Source of the DNA: Paenarthrobacter sp. NPDC092416
GTDB lineage: Bacteria; Actinomycetota; Actinomycetes; Actinomycetales; Micrococcaceae
Direction: 5' to 3'
DNA length: 24,000 nt
NCBI RefSeq assembly: GCF_044755025.1
Contig: NZ_JBIVQG010000012.1
Span: forward strand, 60,790-84,789
Position 1 is the first letter of the stretch; each line of letters opens with the position of its first letter. The notes beneath the pieces were generated by a model. That model ran no database searches and was not told the origin of the DNA. It saw only the letters and a program-made list of their open reading frames with translations. Below, one piece after another: positions 16,723-24,000 of the stretch. Position numbers and translations under genes: made by a program.

Positions 16723-16989
16723 ATGTCTGAACCCACTGAAGAAAAACTCTCCTACCGCCTGATTACAGGTCCCGATACCCGTGATTTCTGCGAGCGCATC
16801 CACAATGCCCTCGCGGAGGGCTACGTGCTGCATGGCAGCCCGGCCGCCACTTTCAACGGCACCGACGTGATCGTGGCGCAGGCAATCGTGCTGCCCACCG
16901 CGATCGCCAGTGCCGATGCCGCCGTCGCCTCAGCTGTTGACAAGCTCGAGAACTACAACGACGAAGAAGCATTCGAGGGACACGCATGA
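16723..16989 (+). CDS. DUF1737 domain-containing small protein
   Basis: YRLITGPDTRDFCERIHNALAEGYVLHGSPAATFNG..VIVAQAIV resembles DUF1737. ATG 16723 is chosen because SD GAGGAG lies 9 nt upstream and the ORF-track GTG 16702 falls inside the riboswitch. Confidence 0.75.
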   Translation: MSEPTEEKLSYRLITGPDTRDFCERIHNALAEGYVLHGSPAATFNGTDVIVAQAIVLPTAIASADAAVASAVDKLENYNDEEAFEGHA

Positions 16990-17396
16990 GCTACGCAGGT
17001 GACCTGAGCCCGCAGGATGCGTGGGCAAAGCTTGAACAAGGTGCCATTTTGGTGGACGTGCGGACCGAGGGCGAATGGGCCCACATCGGCATTCCGGACA
17101 CCAAGGCCACTGAGAACGATCCCCTGTTCATCCAGTGGAACCTTGCCGGTGGCATCCCCAACTCGCGCTTCCTCGAGGACCTGCAGCAGCAGGCACCCGA
17201 GGGCGACGGCGTGGAACTCGTCTTCATCTGCCGCTCAGGACAGCGTTCCATCTCCGCTGCCATCGCCGCGACGCAGGCCGGTTTCACTGCCTACAACGTG
17301 CTTGAGGGCTTCGAAGGCGAGCCGGACCGTTACGGCGAACGAACAGTGAATGGCTGGAAGAACCGTGGCCTGCCGACGAACCTGGGGACCGACTAA
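16986..17396 (+). CDS. Rhodanese-like single-domain sulfurtransferase
   Basis: The active-site loop CRSGQRS (CRxGxR[ST]) sits in a 136-aa rhodanese-sized protein. The start overlaps the upstream stop (ATGA). Confidence 0.85.
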   Translation: MSYAGDLSPQDAWAKLEQGAILVDVRTEGEWAHIGIPDTKATENDPLFIQWNLAGGIPNSRFLEDLQQQAPEGDGVELVFICRSGQRSISAAIAATQAGFTAYNVLEGFEGEPDRYGERTVNGWKNRGLPTNLGTD

Positions 17397-17397
17397 A

Positions 17398-18606
17398 GTG
17401 ACTTTCAATCCCGATGCCGCCAGCTGGAGCCCCGATACTCAGGCAGTCCGCGGCGGCCTTGACCGAACCAACTTCCAGGAAACTTCTGAGCCTGTCTTCC
17501 TGAACTCGGGCTTCGTCTACGAATCCGCCGCTGCCGCGGAACGCGCCTTCACCGGCGAGGACGAACGCTTCGTGTACTCCCGCTACGGCAACCCATCGGT
17601 GGCGACGTTCCAGGAGCGGCTGCGGCTGCTCGAAGGAACCGAGGCGTGCTTTGCGACGGCGTCAGGCATGTCCGCGGTCTTCACCGCCTTGGGTGCTTTG
17701 CTGGCTGCCGGCGACCGTGTGGTTGCTGCCCGTTCCCTGTTCGGCTCGTGCTTCGTGATCCTCAACGAGATCCTGCCGCGCTGGGGCGTGGAAACAGTAT
17801 TCGTCGATGGTCCCGACCTTGAGCAGTGGCGTTCCGCGCTCTCGGAGCCGACTACCGCTGTGTTCTTCGAGTCACCATCGAACCCCATGCAGGAAATCGT
17901 GGATATCGCCGCGGTCAGCGAGCTGGCGCACGCGGCCGGTGCCACCGTCGTCGTCGACAATGTCTTTGCCACTCCCCTGCTGCAGCGCTGCGGCGAGTTG
18001 GGCGCGGACGTGATTGTCTACTCCGGCACCAAGCACATCGACGGCCAAGGACGCGTCCTCGGCGGCGCCATCCTGGGCACCAAGGAATTCATCGACGGCC
18101 CGGTCAAGCAGCTCATGCGTCACACCGGCCCGTCGCTGTCCGCGTTCAACGCCTGGGTACTGACCAAGGGGCTTGAGACGATCGGGCTGCGCGTGAACCA
18201 CAGCTCGGCGTCGGCCTTGAAGATCGCGGAATGGCTTGAGCAGCAGCCCGCCATCAGCTGGGTGAAGTACCCGCTGTTGAAGTCGCACCCGCAGTACGAG
18301 CTCGCCGCGAAGCAGATGAAGGCCGGCGGCACCGTGTTGACGTTCGAGCTGCTCCCCTCCGCGGGACGTTCTGCCAAGGAATCGGCGTTCGCGCTGCTCG
18401 ATGGGCTCAGCGTCATCGACATCTCCAACAACCTTGGCGACTCCAAGTCCCTCATCACCCACCCGGCCACCACCACTCACCGGGCCATGGGTCCGGAGGG
18501 CCGTGCGGCGATTGGGTTGAGCGACGGCGTGGTCCGATTGTCCGTTGGCCTGGAAGACGTGGACGACCTCATCCTGGATCTGGAGAAGGCCCTCAAGCAG
18601 GTCTAG
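17398..18606 (+). CDS. metZ: O-succinylhomoserine sulfhydrylase / Cys-Met-metabolism PLP enzyme
   Basis: Typical family pattern (TQAVRGG, YSRYGNPS, SGMSA, SGTKHIDGQGRVLGG with the PLP lysine, SLGDSKSLITHPATTTH). The start is set to GTG 17398, 1 nt after the rhodanese stop. The rhodanese + metZ pairing is known from mycobacteria. Confidence 0.85.
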   Translation: MTFNPDAASWSPDTQAVRGGLDRTNFQETSEPVFLNSGFVYESAAAAERAFTGEDERFVYSRYGNPSVATFQERLRLLEGTEACFATASGMSAVFTALGALLAAGDRVVAARSLFGSCFVILNEILPRWGVETVFVDGPDLEQWRSALSEPTTAVFFESPSNPMQEIVDIAAVSELAHAAGATVVVDNVFATPLLQRCGELGADVIVYSGTKHIDGQGRVLGGAILGTKEFIDGPVKQLMRHTGPSLSAFNAWVLTKGLETIGLRVNHSSASALKIAEWLEQQPAISWVKYPLLKSHPQYELAAKQMKAGGTVLTFELLPSAGRSAKESAFALLDGLSVIDISNNLGDSKSLITHPATTTHRAMGPEGRAAIGLSDGVVRLSVGLEDVDDLILDLEKALKQV

Positions 18607-18618
18607 TTTTTGGTTGTT

Positions 18619-18668
18619 CGGGAGGGGCGTGGAGTCATTGACTCTGCGCCCCTCCCGGCGTATTTTCG
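18619..18668 (+). terminator. Intrinsic terminator after metZ
   Basis: CGGGAGGGGCG (18619-18629) pairs perfectly with CGCCCCTCCCG (18647-18657). The stem is extended inward by GAGTC/GACTC. GCGTATTTTC follows. Confidence 0.65.
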
Positions 18669-18716
18669 GCAACATATCGAGCCCTCGTCTCGTACTTCCA
18701 GTCGAAGCGGTATGCC

Positions 18717-19394
18717 ATGAACGGAAAACGTCCTTACCGTCGCGCCGGCGCGGTCATCGTAGCCGGGTCCATCGTGTGGCTCACGGGGATCTCCCCGGTG
18801 TCGCGCGTGTACATCACCGCCGATCCTGCCGAGCGGCTCCGCATGCTCGTGGACGGCGAGCGCGGCTGGATCGTCGGCCATCATCTCGCCGCGGCCGGTA
18901 CCGCCGCTGTTCCCATGGGCTTCGCCGCTTTCGCACGAGCCCAGCATCCCGGAATATCCAAGACCTGGGCCGGAGCCGCGGCCGCAGCTTTGCTCGGCGG
19001 CGCCCCGCTCTTCGTCTACAGCCTGTCGCGCCGGGCGTCGGACCTTGAACGCTTCGCCTACTTCCGAGGCTCGTCCTTTCCGTTCATGGCTTATTCGGCA
19101 CTCCACGTTGCGGCCTTGGCTGCCCTCGGAGGGAGTCTGCTGACCTCTCCCGCCAAGCGGTGGGTCGGCATCACGGCTGCTGGTGCGGCGACCCTCTATG
19201 GCACCATCCTGATGGTCAAGAAGGACATTCCGCCGTTCGCGTTCTATCTCGTCGAAGCGACTGTGGGCGCCTACTTGATGGGGTGGGAGCCTCCGGCCGA
19301 CGTTGTACGGGACGCCGACGTTGTACGGGACGCCGACGTTGTACGGGACGCCGACGTTGTACGGGACGAGGAAGGAACGCTCGGGGAGCAGTAG
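18717..19394 (+). CDS. Hypothetical integral membrane protein with C-terminal DVVRDA hexapeptide repeats
   Basis: Several hydrophobic segments are present (AVIVAGSIVWLTGI, AAAALLGGAPLFVY, ALHVAALAALGG, ITAAGAATLYGTILMV, FAFYLVEATVGAYLMG). GC3-rich coding pattern. I recognise no family. Confidence 0.6.
   Translation: MNGKRPYRRAGAVIVAGSIVWLTGISPVSRVYITADPAERLRMLVDGERGWIVGHHLAAAGTAAVPMGFAAFARAQHPGISKTWAGAAAAALLGGAPLFVYSLSRRASDLERFAYFRGSSFPFMAYSALHVAALAALGGSLLTSPAKRWVGITAAGAATLYGTILMVKKDIPPFAFYLVEATVGAYLMGWEPPADVVRDADVVRDADVVRDADVVRDEEGTLGEQ
19299..19370 (+). repeat. In-frame 18-bp tandem repeat, 4 copies (GACGTTGTACGGGACGCC)
   Basis: Copies lie at 19299, 19317, 19335 and 19353. The first three are identical and the fourth diverges only in its last 2 nt. 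Together they encode (DVVRDA)x3 + DVVRDE. Confidence 0.95.
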
Positions 19395-19449
19395 GCCTGG
19401 CTCTCGTCCGCCGCGTTGCGATCCGCTGTGCCCTGGCTGGCTCGGGCCT

Positions 19450-20658
19450 TTACGGCCTGCGGACCCTGGTCAGCATCGGCGCGGGGTCTTTGTGTGCGTC
19501 CGCGGAGGCGCCGCGCATGGTCACTTTTGCTGCGTGCCCAACAACGGCCGCCAAGGCTTCACGGCTCGGTGGCCGCCCGGGTTGGCCCCCGCCGCCCCGT
19601 TGCCGACTGGCAAAACGTGACGCGGCCTCACGTTGCTCGTGTGCTCCGTTGCCGCGCTCGAGGATGTCCGAGACACCCGCTTTCACCAGATCGAGTTCAC
19701 CCTGGTCGTCCAGCACCGGGCTGAGGTAATCCACCAAGGCCCAGACGACGTCGGCCGCGGGTTGAGGGCGGAAGTCGCCGAAGTCCAAGAGGTCACCGCG
19801 CAACCCTGAATTGCTCGCCTGCCAACTCGCCATCCTTAGCAGCGCCGTCGGCACTGTGGAGGGTTCCACGCCGTCGAGCATTTCCAAGGAAGCCGTCTCC
19901 ACCAAGGCGCGCACCAGCACCGCAATGAGCGCGGCGTCCTCGGCACGGAGGCAGACATCGGCAACCCGGACCTCCACCGTGGGGTGATTGCGTGAGATCC
20001 GGGCGTCGAAGTAGATCATGCCTTCATCCAGGAGCACGCCCGTCTCCAGGAGCCGCCTGACAATGCGGCGGTAGGCAGTTAACGAGCCAAACACGGCCGA
20101 AGGACCAGAGGTGGGCCAGCGGTTCCAAGCTTGCGTGCGGTAGCTGTCGAAACCCGTGGGGAGACCGCGCCAGAACGGGGAATTGGCGCTGATGGCCGTG
20201 AGCACCGCGAGTTTGTCCCGCATATGGTCGAGGACCACCACGCCTTCCTCCGGCGACTCCACTGAGGTGTGCACGTGGAACCCGCACGTCAGTTGCTCGT
20301 GGGCGGTCAGCCCGAAGCGTTCCAGCATCTCCGCATAGCGCGGGTCAGGGGTGGTGTGGCTCGTGGAGGCCATCGGGGAGGTCGCGATGGCGGCTACGCT
20401 GGCACCTTGCTTCCGGGCCGCCTCGTTGGCCATGGCCCGGCCGCGTCGGATCTGGTGGAGCAACTCCGCGTAGCTGTGGCAAGGGCGGGTCTGGGTTTCG
20501 ATTTGCTCCAGCTTGAGCTCATGGCTGAGGCCCGTTTCCAACGCTGGGTCCCTTGACGGCTCTTCATTCCGGGCGAGGAGGGCATCCGCCATAGCCAAGG
20601 GCTCGCCCGTCACAGGATCGACGATGAGTAGCTCTTCCTCAACCCCGAAGGTCCGCAT
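19450..20658 (-). CDS. Carboxylate-amine ligase, glutamate-cysteine ligase family 2 (YbdK/GCS2)
   Basis: The N-terminus [15 protein letters not shown] is the GCS2 signature. [19 protein letters not shown] and ERGNGA..QR are further family blocks. The start is set to ATG 20658. The ORF-track extension to 20862 runs through non-coding repeats. Confidence 0.85.
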   Translation of the reverse strand: MRTFGVEEELLIVDPVTGEPLAMADALLARNEEPSRDPALETGLSHELKLEQIETQTRPCHSYAELLHQIRRGRAMANEAARKQGASVAAIATSPMASTSHTTPDPRYAEMLERFGLTAHEQLTCGFHVHTSVESPEEGVVVLDHMRDKLAVLTAISANSPFWRGLPTGFDSYRTQAWNRWPTSGPSAVFGSLTAYRRIVRRLLETGVLLDEGMIYFDARISRNHPTVEVRVADVCLRAEDAALIAVLVRALVETASLEMLDGVEPSTVPTALLRMASWQASNSGLRGDLLDFGDFRPQPAADVVWALVDYLSPVLDDQGELDLVKAGVSDILERGNGAHEQREAASRFASRQRGGGGQPGRPPSREALAAVVGHAAKVTMRGASADAHKDPAPMLTRVRRP

Positions 20659-20773
20659 GGTTCCATTCTGCGTCACAGATGCAGGGGTGGACAGGGCTTG
20701 GCCCGAGGTGCGGGCCCGGAGCCCGAACGTGCTGCCTGGGGCCGCACCACGTGCCGCCATCCGCACCAGTCCC

Positions 20774-20849
20774 AACCGGCGCGGATGGCGCGAAAGGGTG
20801 CGCCGACCGAACGAACCGGCGCGGATGGCGCGAAAGGGTGCGCCGACCG
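20774..20849. repeat. 36-bp direct repeat, 2 copies with 40-bp period
   Basis: AACCGGCGCGGATGGCGCGAAAGGGTGCGCCGACCG occurs at 20774-20809 and again at 20814-20849. A 10-bp piece (CGCCATCCGC, 20755-20764) is the inverted copy of GCGGATGGCG inside each unit. Confidence 0.9.
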
Positions 20850-20880
20850 CGCCAACCAACACGTGCGCCGAACGAAAGGG

Positions 20881-22404
20881 TCAGTCCTGGAAGTACTCCA
20901 CCTTGGCCCCGATGGTGTTGAGTCGCTCGGCGAGGTCCTCGTAGCCGCGTTCGATCACGTAGATGTTGCGCAGCTCGGAGGTTCCGCGGGCGGCAAGCAT
21001 CGCCAGGAGCAAGCACGCCGCCGGGCGGAGGGCGGGCGGGCAGCCTATTTCCGCGGCACGCCACTTGGTGGGTCCGTTGACGTAGATCCGGTGCGGATCC
21101 AGCAACTGCACCTGGGCGCCAAGTTTGTTCAGTTCCGTCAGGTAGATGGCGCGGTTCTCGTAGACCCAGTCGTGGATCATGGTCTGGCCCTCGGCGTTGC
21201 CCGCGATCACGGCAAAGAAGGGCAGGTTATCGATGTTCAGGCCCGGGAACGGCATGGGGTGAATCTTGTCCTGCGGCGCACGGAGCTCGGACGGCTTGGT
21301 GGTGACGTCCACCAGCCGGGTTCGGCCGTTCCGTGCCATGTATTCGCCGGACACTTCGAGCTTTTGGCCCATCTGCTCAAGAGTTGCGAGCTCGATTTCC
21401 ATGAACTCGATCGGCACGCGCCGAATGGTGACCTCGGAATTCGTCACGATGCCCGCGGTGATGAGGCTCATGGCCTCGATGGGGTCCTCGGACGGGAAGT
21501 ATTCGATGTCGACGTCGATCGCGGGCCGGCCAGTGATCTTCAGCGTCGTGGTTCCGACTCCCTTGATCTCCACGCCAAGTCCGTGCAGGTAGAAGCAGAG
21601 GTCCTGGACCATGTAGTTGGGGCTCGCGTTCCGGATCACCGTGGTGCCCTGGCGGTGCGCGGCAGCCATGATCGCATTTTCGGTGACGGTGTCTCCGCGT
21701 TCGGTCAAAACGAACGAGCGGTCATGGCCGTCAGCCGGAGGAGCCGCCACGGCGTAGAAACCGGACTTGGCCTCAACAGTGAGCCCAAACTGGCGCAATG
21801 CCTGCATGTGCGGCTCAACGGTTCGAGTGCCAAGGTCGCATCCGCCGGCATACGGCAGATGGTATTCGGCGGTCTCATCCAGGAGGGGGCCCAGCAGCAT
21901 GATGACGCTGCGCGTACGGCGGGCAGCATCCACGTCCATGGATGCGAGATCCAGGACCTCAGGCCGACGGATGCGAAGGTCGCTGCCATTGAGCCACGTG
22001 CATTCGACGCCAATGGAGGTCAGGACCTCCACAATCCGGTTGACTTCTTCTATGCGTGCCAACCGGCGCAGCGTGGTGGTGCCACGGTTGATCAGGCTCG
22101 CACACAACAGGGCAACGCCGGCGTTCTTGCTGCTGTTGACGTCCACTTCGCCGGAGAGCGTTCGTCCGCCCTCCACGCGGAGATGGGTCATCTGGGGCCG
22201 GCCGACCTTGACGATGGAGCGCCCAAAAATCGCTTCAAGGCGTTCGATCATCCGGAGGCTGAGGTTCTGTTTACCTTGCTCCATCCGGGCTATAGCGCTT
22301 TGGCTGGTTCCCAGCTCGGTAGCCAACTGCCCCTGGGTCCAGCCCTTTTCGCCACGGGCATCGCGAAGGAGGAGGCCTACATGTTCGGCGGTAGGTTGCG
22401 TCAT
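20881..22404 (-). CDS. XRE-family HTH domain fused to a MurA-like enolpyruvyl transferase (UDP-GlcNAc 1-carboxyvinyltransferase fold)
   Basis: Residues ~10-65 (LLLRDARGEKGWTQGQLATELGTSQSAIARMEQGKQNLSLRMIERL) form a Cro/C1-type HTH. The rest aligns by eye with E. coli MurA: SSKNAG (K22), RRTRS (R91), AGGCDLGTRTVE (C115/R120 loop; Cys codon at 21838-21840), SEDPIE (D305), ALRPAA (R397) and ERGYEDL. ATG 22404 is preferred over the ORF-track TTG 22410. Confidence 0.85.
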   Translation of the reverse strand: MTQPTAEHVGLLLRDARGEKGWTQGQLATELGTSQSAIARMEQGKQNLSLRMIERLEAIFGRSIVKVGRPQMTHLRVEGGRTLSGEVDVNSSKNAGVALLCASLINRGTTTLRRLARIEEVNRIVEVLTSIGVECTWLNGSDLRIRRPEVLDLASMDVDAARRTRSVIMLLGPLLDETAEYHLPYAGGCDLGTRTVEPHMQALRQFGLTVEAKSGFYAVAAPPADGHDRSFVLTERGDTVTENAIMAAAHRQGTTVIRNASPNYMVQDLCFYLHGLGVEIKGVGTTTLKITGRPAIDVDIEYFPSEDPIEAMSLITAGIVTNSEVTIRRVPIEFMEIELATLEQMGQKLEVSGEYMARNGRTRLVDVTTKPSELRAPQDKIHPMPFPGLNIDNLPFFAVIAGNAEGQTMIHDWVYENRAIYLTELNKLGAQVQLLDPHRIYVNGPTKWRAAEIGCPPALRPAACLLLAMLAARGTSELRNIYVIERGYEDLAERLNTIGAKVEYFQD

Positions 22405-22505
22405 ATCCAAGAAATATCACAAGTGATCTATATTCGATGCACAAAACGCCGATACAGCGGCAAAGGTCACATGGTACCCACCTCGTGCGATAGAGGCCGT
22501 TCGCG

Positions 22506-23216
22506 CTAAGAGGCCCGCCAGTACCCCAGCGCGTCGATTCGCAACTTGTCCACGCCCAGTACTTTACGCAGGTGCTTGACGATTGCCCGCGTGCTGGACG
22601 CCTCGCAAGCAACCCAAAAGAAGTCCTCCGCCGTGGAGACCACCTCCGGGTTCAAAGCCTCGCAGACTTCCTCCACATAGGCGGCACCGTCGCGTTTACG
22701 CGGAATCCAACTGACGACGTCGGACCCGTCAGTCCGCACCTCCAATGAGGGGTCGGTGTCGTGCTGGTATTCAAGCCAGGCCGTCACCGGCGTCTGGCGA
22801 CCACTCGCCGCGTCCATGATGCGCAGCTCATCGAGGAGCGAGTTGATGGCAGGCAGTGATGCAGGATCACCCACGACCCAGACGCGGCGCGGGGCTGGAT
22901 CCGGGAACGCAAAGGAGCTTCCCTGGACAGTGGCCTCAATGGTGTCGCCGGGCTGGGCAGTGCGGGCCCAGTTGGCTGCGACGCCGTCGTGCATGGCGAA
23001 ATCAATGCTGAAAGTTCCAGCGGCTGCGTCCGGATCAACCAGGGTGTAACCGCGCTGGTGGCCCTTGCCGGCGTCGTCAAACCAGAGCCGGATCCACATG
23101 GTGGGGTGGAGTCCTGACGCTTGAAGCAGCCCGCCGTCGCGCACGTGGATGCGAAGGAAGTCCGGGGTTAGCTCTTCGCGCCCGGTGAGCTCCAGGCGGA
23201 AGTCCTTGGCGCCCAT
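22506..23216 (-). CDS. Siderophore-interacting protein (SIP/ViuB-type FAD-binding ferric-siderophore reductase family)
   Basis: LTPDFLRIHV...RGYTLV (RxYT FAD motif)...GDTIEATV..G.F...VWVVGDPASLPAINSLL...CEASSTRAIVKHLR is the typical SIP architecture. The start is set to ATG 23216. The upstream part of the ORF (to GTG 23303) looks non-coding; the start is uncertain. Confidence 0.8.
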   Translation of the reverse strand: MGAKDFRLELTGREELTPDFLRIHVRDGGLLQASGLHPTMWIRLWFDDAGKGHQRGYTLVDPDAAAGTFSIDFAMHDGVAANWARTAQPGDTIEATVQGSSFAFPDPAPRRVWVVGDPASLPAINSLLDELRIMDAASGRQTPVTAWLEYQHDTDPSLEVRTDGSDVVSWIPRKRDGAAYVEEVCEALNPEVVSTAEDFFWVACEASSTRAIVKHLRKVLGVDKLRIDALGYWRAS

Positions 23217-23314
23217 GACTTTGAGGACTACGCCTTCCCACCTGCGCCTCAAGCAACACTCCTTCACGAATAGCCTCAATTTTGAGAACCGGACCAAAGC
23301 CACCTATCTTGAAC

Positions 23315-23333
23315 TTAAGTAAGCCTAACCTAA
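23315..23333. promoter_or_regulatory. DtxR/IdeR-type iron box
   Basis: TTAAGTAAGCCTAACCTAA against the consensus TTAGGTTAGSCTAACCTAA gives 17/19 identities, or 18/19 against the degenerate TWAGGTWAGSCTWACCTWA. It lies in the divergent region between the SIP gene and the acylase gene, 22 nt upstream of the acylase ATG. Confidence 0.75.
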
Positions 23334-23354
23334 TCTCGAAAGCGGCCAGAGATC

Positions 23355-24000
23355 ATGACGCCTGCCCCTGCGCAAGATTCCGCCCCGGCAGGCGGTACCG
23401 GCACCTACCGCGATCAATGGGGAATCCCGCATTTGTGGGCGGAAACTCCTGATGACCTCGCTTACGTCCAAGGCCTGAACGTGGCCACGGACCGCTCATG
23501 GCAGATTGAGCTGGAACGCTGGAGATCGGAAGGCCGCACCGCTGAAATGCTGGGTGCCGACGTCATCACCTGGGACCGCTTTGCCCGGCAGGCCCGGCTG
23601 GACGACACCGCGCGCCGCTGCTTCGAAGGGCTCGACGCCGAAACCCGGCGCTGGTGCCAGCGGTACGTTGACGGCATCAACCACGCGCTGGCCGACGGAT
23701 TGCGGGGCGGGCCGGAATTCGATGAGTCCGGCACGTCGCCCGAACCGTGGAACCCCTGGACTCCCATGGGCGTCTTTTTGGTGCACCACATCCTTTTCTC
23801 CACCTTCCCCAACAAGCTTTTCCGGGCCCACGTGGCGCGGACGCTCGGGCCCGAAGCCGTGGAGCTGTTCAACATCGAGGCTCCCGTCTGGTCCGGCAGC
23901 AACGCATGGGCGGCCCACGGCTCCACAACGAAGAGTGGCCTGCCCTTGATCGCCGGCGACCCACACCGCCTCATGGAACTCCCCGGTGTCTACCAGCAGG
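23355..24000 (+). CDS. Penicillin/AHL-acylase family (Ntn hydrolase, S45) protein, 3'-truncated by the window edge
   Basis: This gene is not in the ORF track because no stop is reached. My manual translation from ATG 23355 gives [52 protein letters not shown]...[28 protein letters not shown]. It contains the family blocks RD.WG.PH, A.DR.WQ and the self-processing nucleophile context GSNAW followed by GDPH. No N-terminal signal peptide is visible. Confidence 0.8.
   Translation, partial: MTPAPAQDSAPAGGTGTYRDQWGIPHLWAETPDDLAYVQGLNVATDRSWQIELERWRSEGRTAEMLGADVITWDRFARQARLDDTARRCFEGLDAETRRWCQRYVDGINHALADGLRGGPEFDESGTSPEPWNPWTPMGVFLVHHILFSTFPNKLFRAHVARTLGPEAVELFNIEAPVWSGSNAWAAHGSTTKSGLPLIAGDPHRLMELPGVYQQ

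Noticed and set aside
20659-20862. N-terminal extension of the GCS2 ORF (68 extra residues)
   Set aside because: GCS2 proteins start with the M-x-FGVEEE motif found at ATG 20658. The extension is the translation of the 36-bp DNA repeats.
20698-22509. 603-aa plus-strand ORF antisense to the HTH::MurA gene
   Set aside because: This is a shadow ORF with no domain signatures and a composition dominated by the antisense of GC3-rich codons. The minus strand carries unmistakable HTH and MurA motifs.
1-24000. Mobile element, prophage or defence-island signatures
   Set aside because: There are no transposase, integrase or recombinase genes, no terminal inverted repeats, no tRNA attachment site and no recognisable defence-gene domains. 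The AT-rich patches coincide with ordinary divergent promoter regions.

Overview
This is a high-GC (roughly 65%) actinobacterial chromosomal segment. Gene content and codon style look Micrococcaceae/Arthrobacter-like, but that taxon call is inference. I support about 21 protein genes. There are no rRNA or tRNA genes, no CRISPR array, and no transposase, integrase or phage genes. Left to right: (1) pabB, 5'-truncated and open to the window edge, an antiparallel cardiolipin synthase, and a pabC-like class IV aminotransferase; (2) a LysP-like amino-acid permease and a convergent AhpD/CMD-family gene sharing a perfect 18-bp hairpin; (3) a translationally coupled operon of GMC flavoprotein oxidase, stand-alone PAS protein and DUF985 cupin; (4) a membrane-anchored hypothetical protein, then 4.7 copies of a 32-bp tandem repeat; (5) a tightly coupled minus-strand operon of NtaA/DszA-type LLM monooxygenase, histidine-ammonia-lyase-family protein without the Ala-Ser-Gly MIO triad, and cysteine-synthase-fold enzyme, divergent from a SulP/STAS anion transporter; (6) a SAM-IV-type riboswitch in front of DUF1737, rhodanese and metZ; (7) a membrane protein whose 3' end carries four 18-bp repeats (DVVRDA); (8) a GCS2 carboxylate-amine ligase preceded by 36-bp direct repeats, and upstream of it an XRE-HTH::MurA-like enolpyruvyl transferase fusion; (9) a siderophore-interacting protein divergent from a signal-peptide-less penicillin/AHL-acylase-family gene that runs off the right edge, with a near-consensus DtxR/IdeR iron box between them. 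I see no canonical defence or mobile system. The best candidates for undescribed biology are the LLM / MIO-less lyase / CysK-fold operon, the HTH::MurA fusion with its repeat-preceded GCS2 neighbour, the GMC-PAS-cupin operon and the 32-bp repeat array. All functional calls come from motif recognition by eye; no database search was run.
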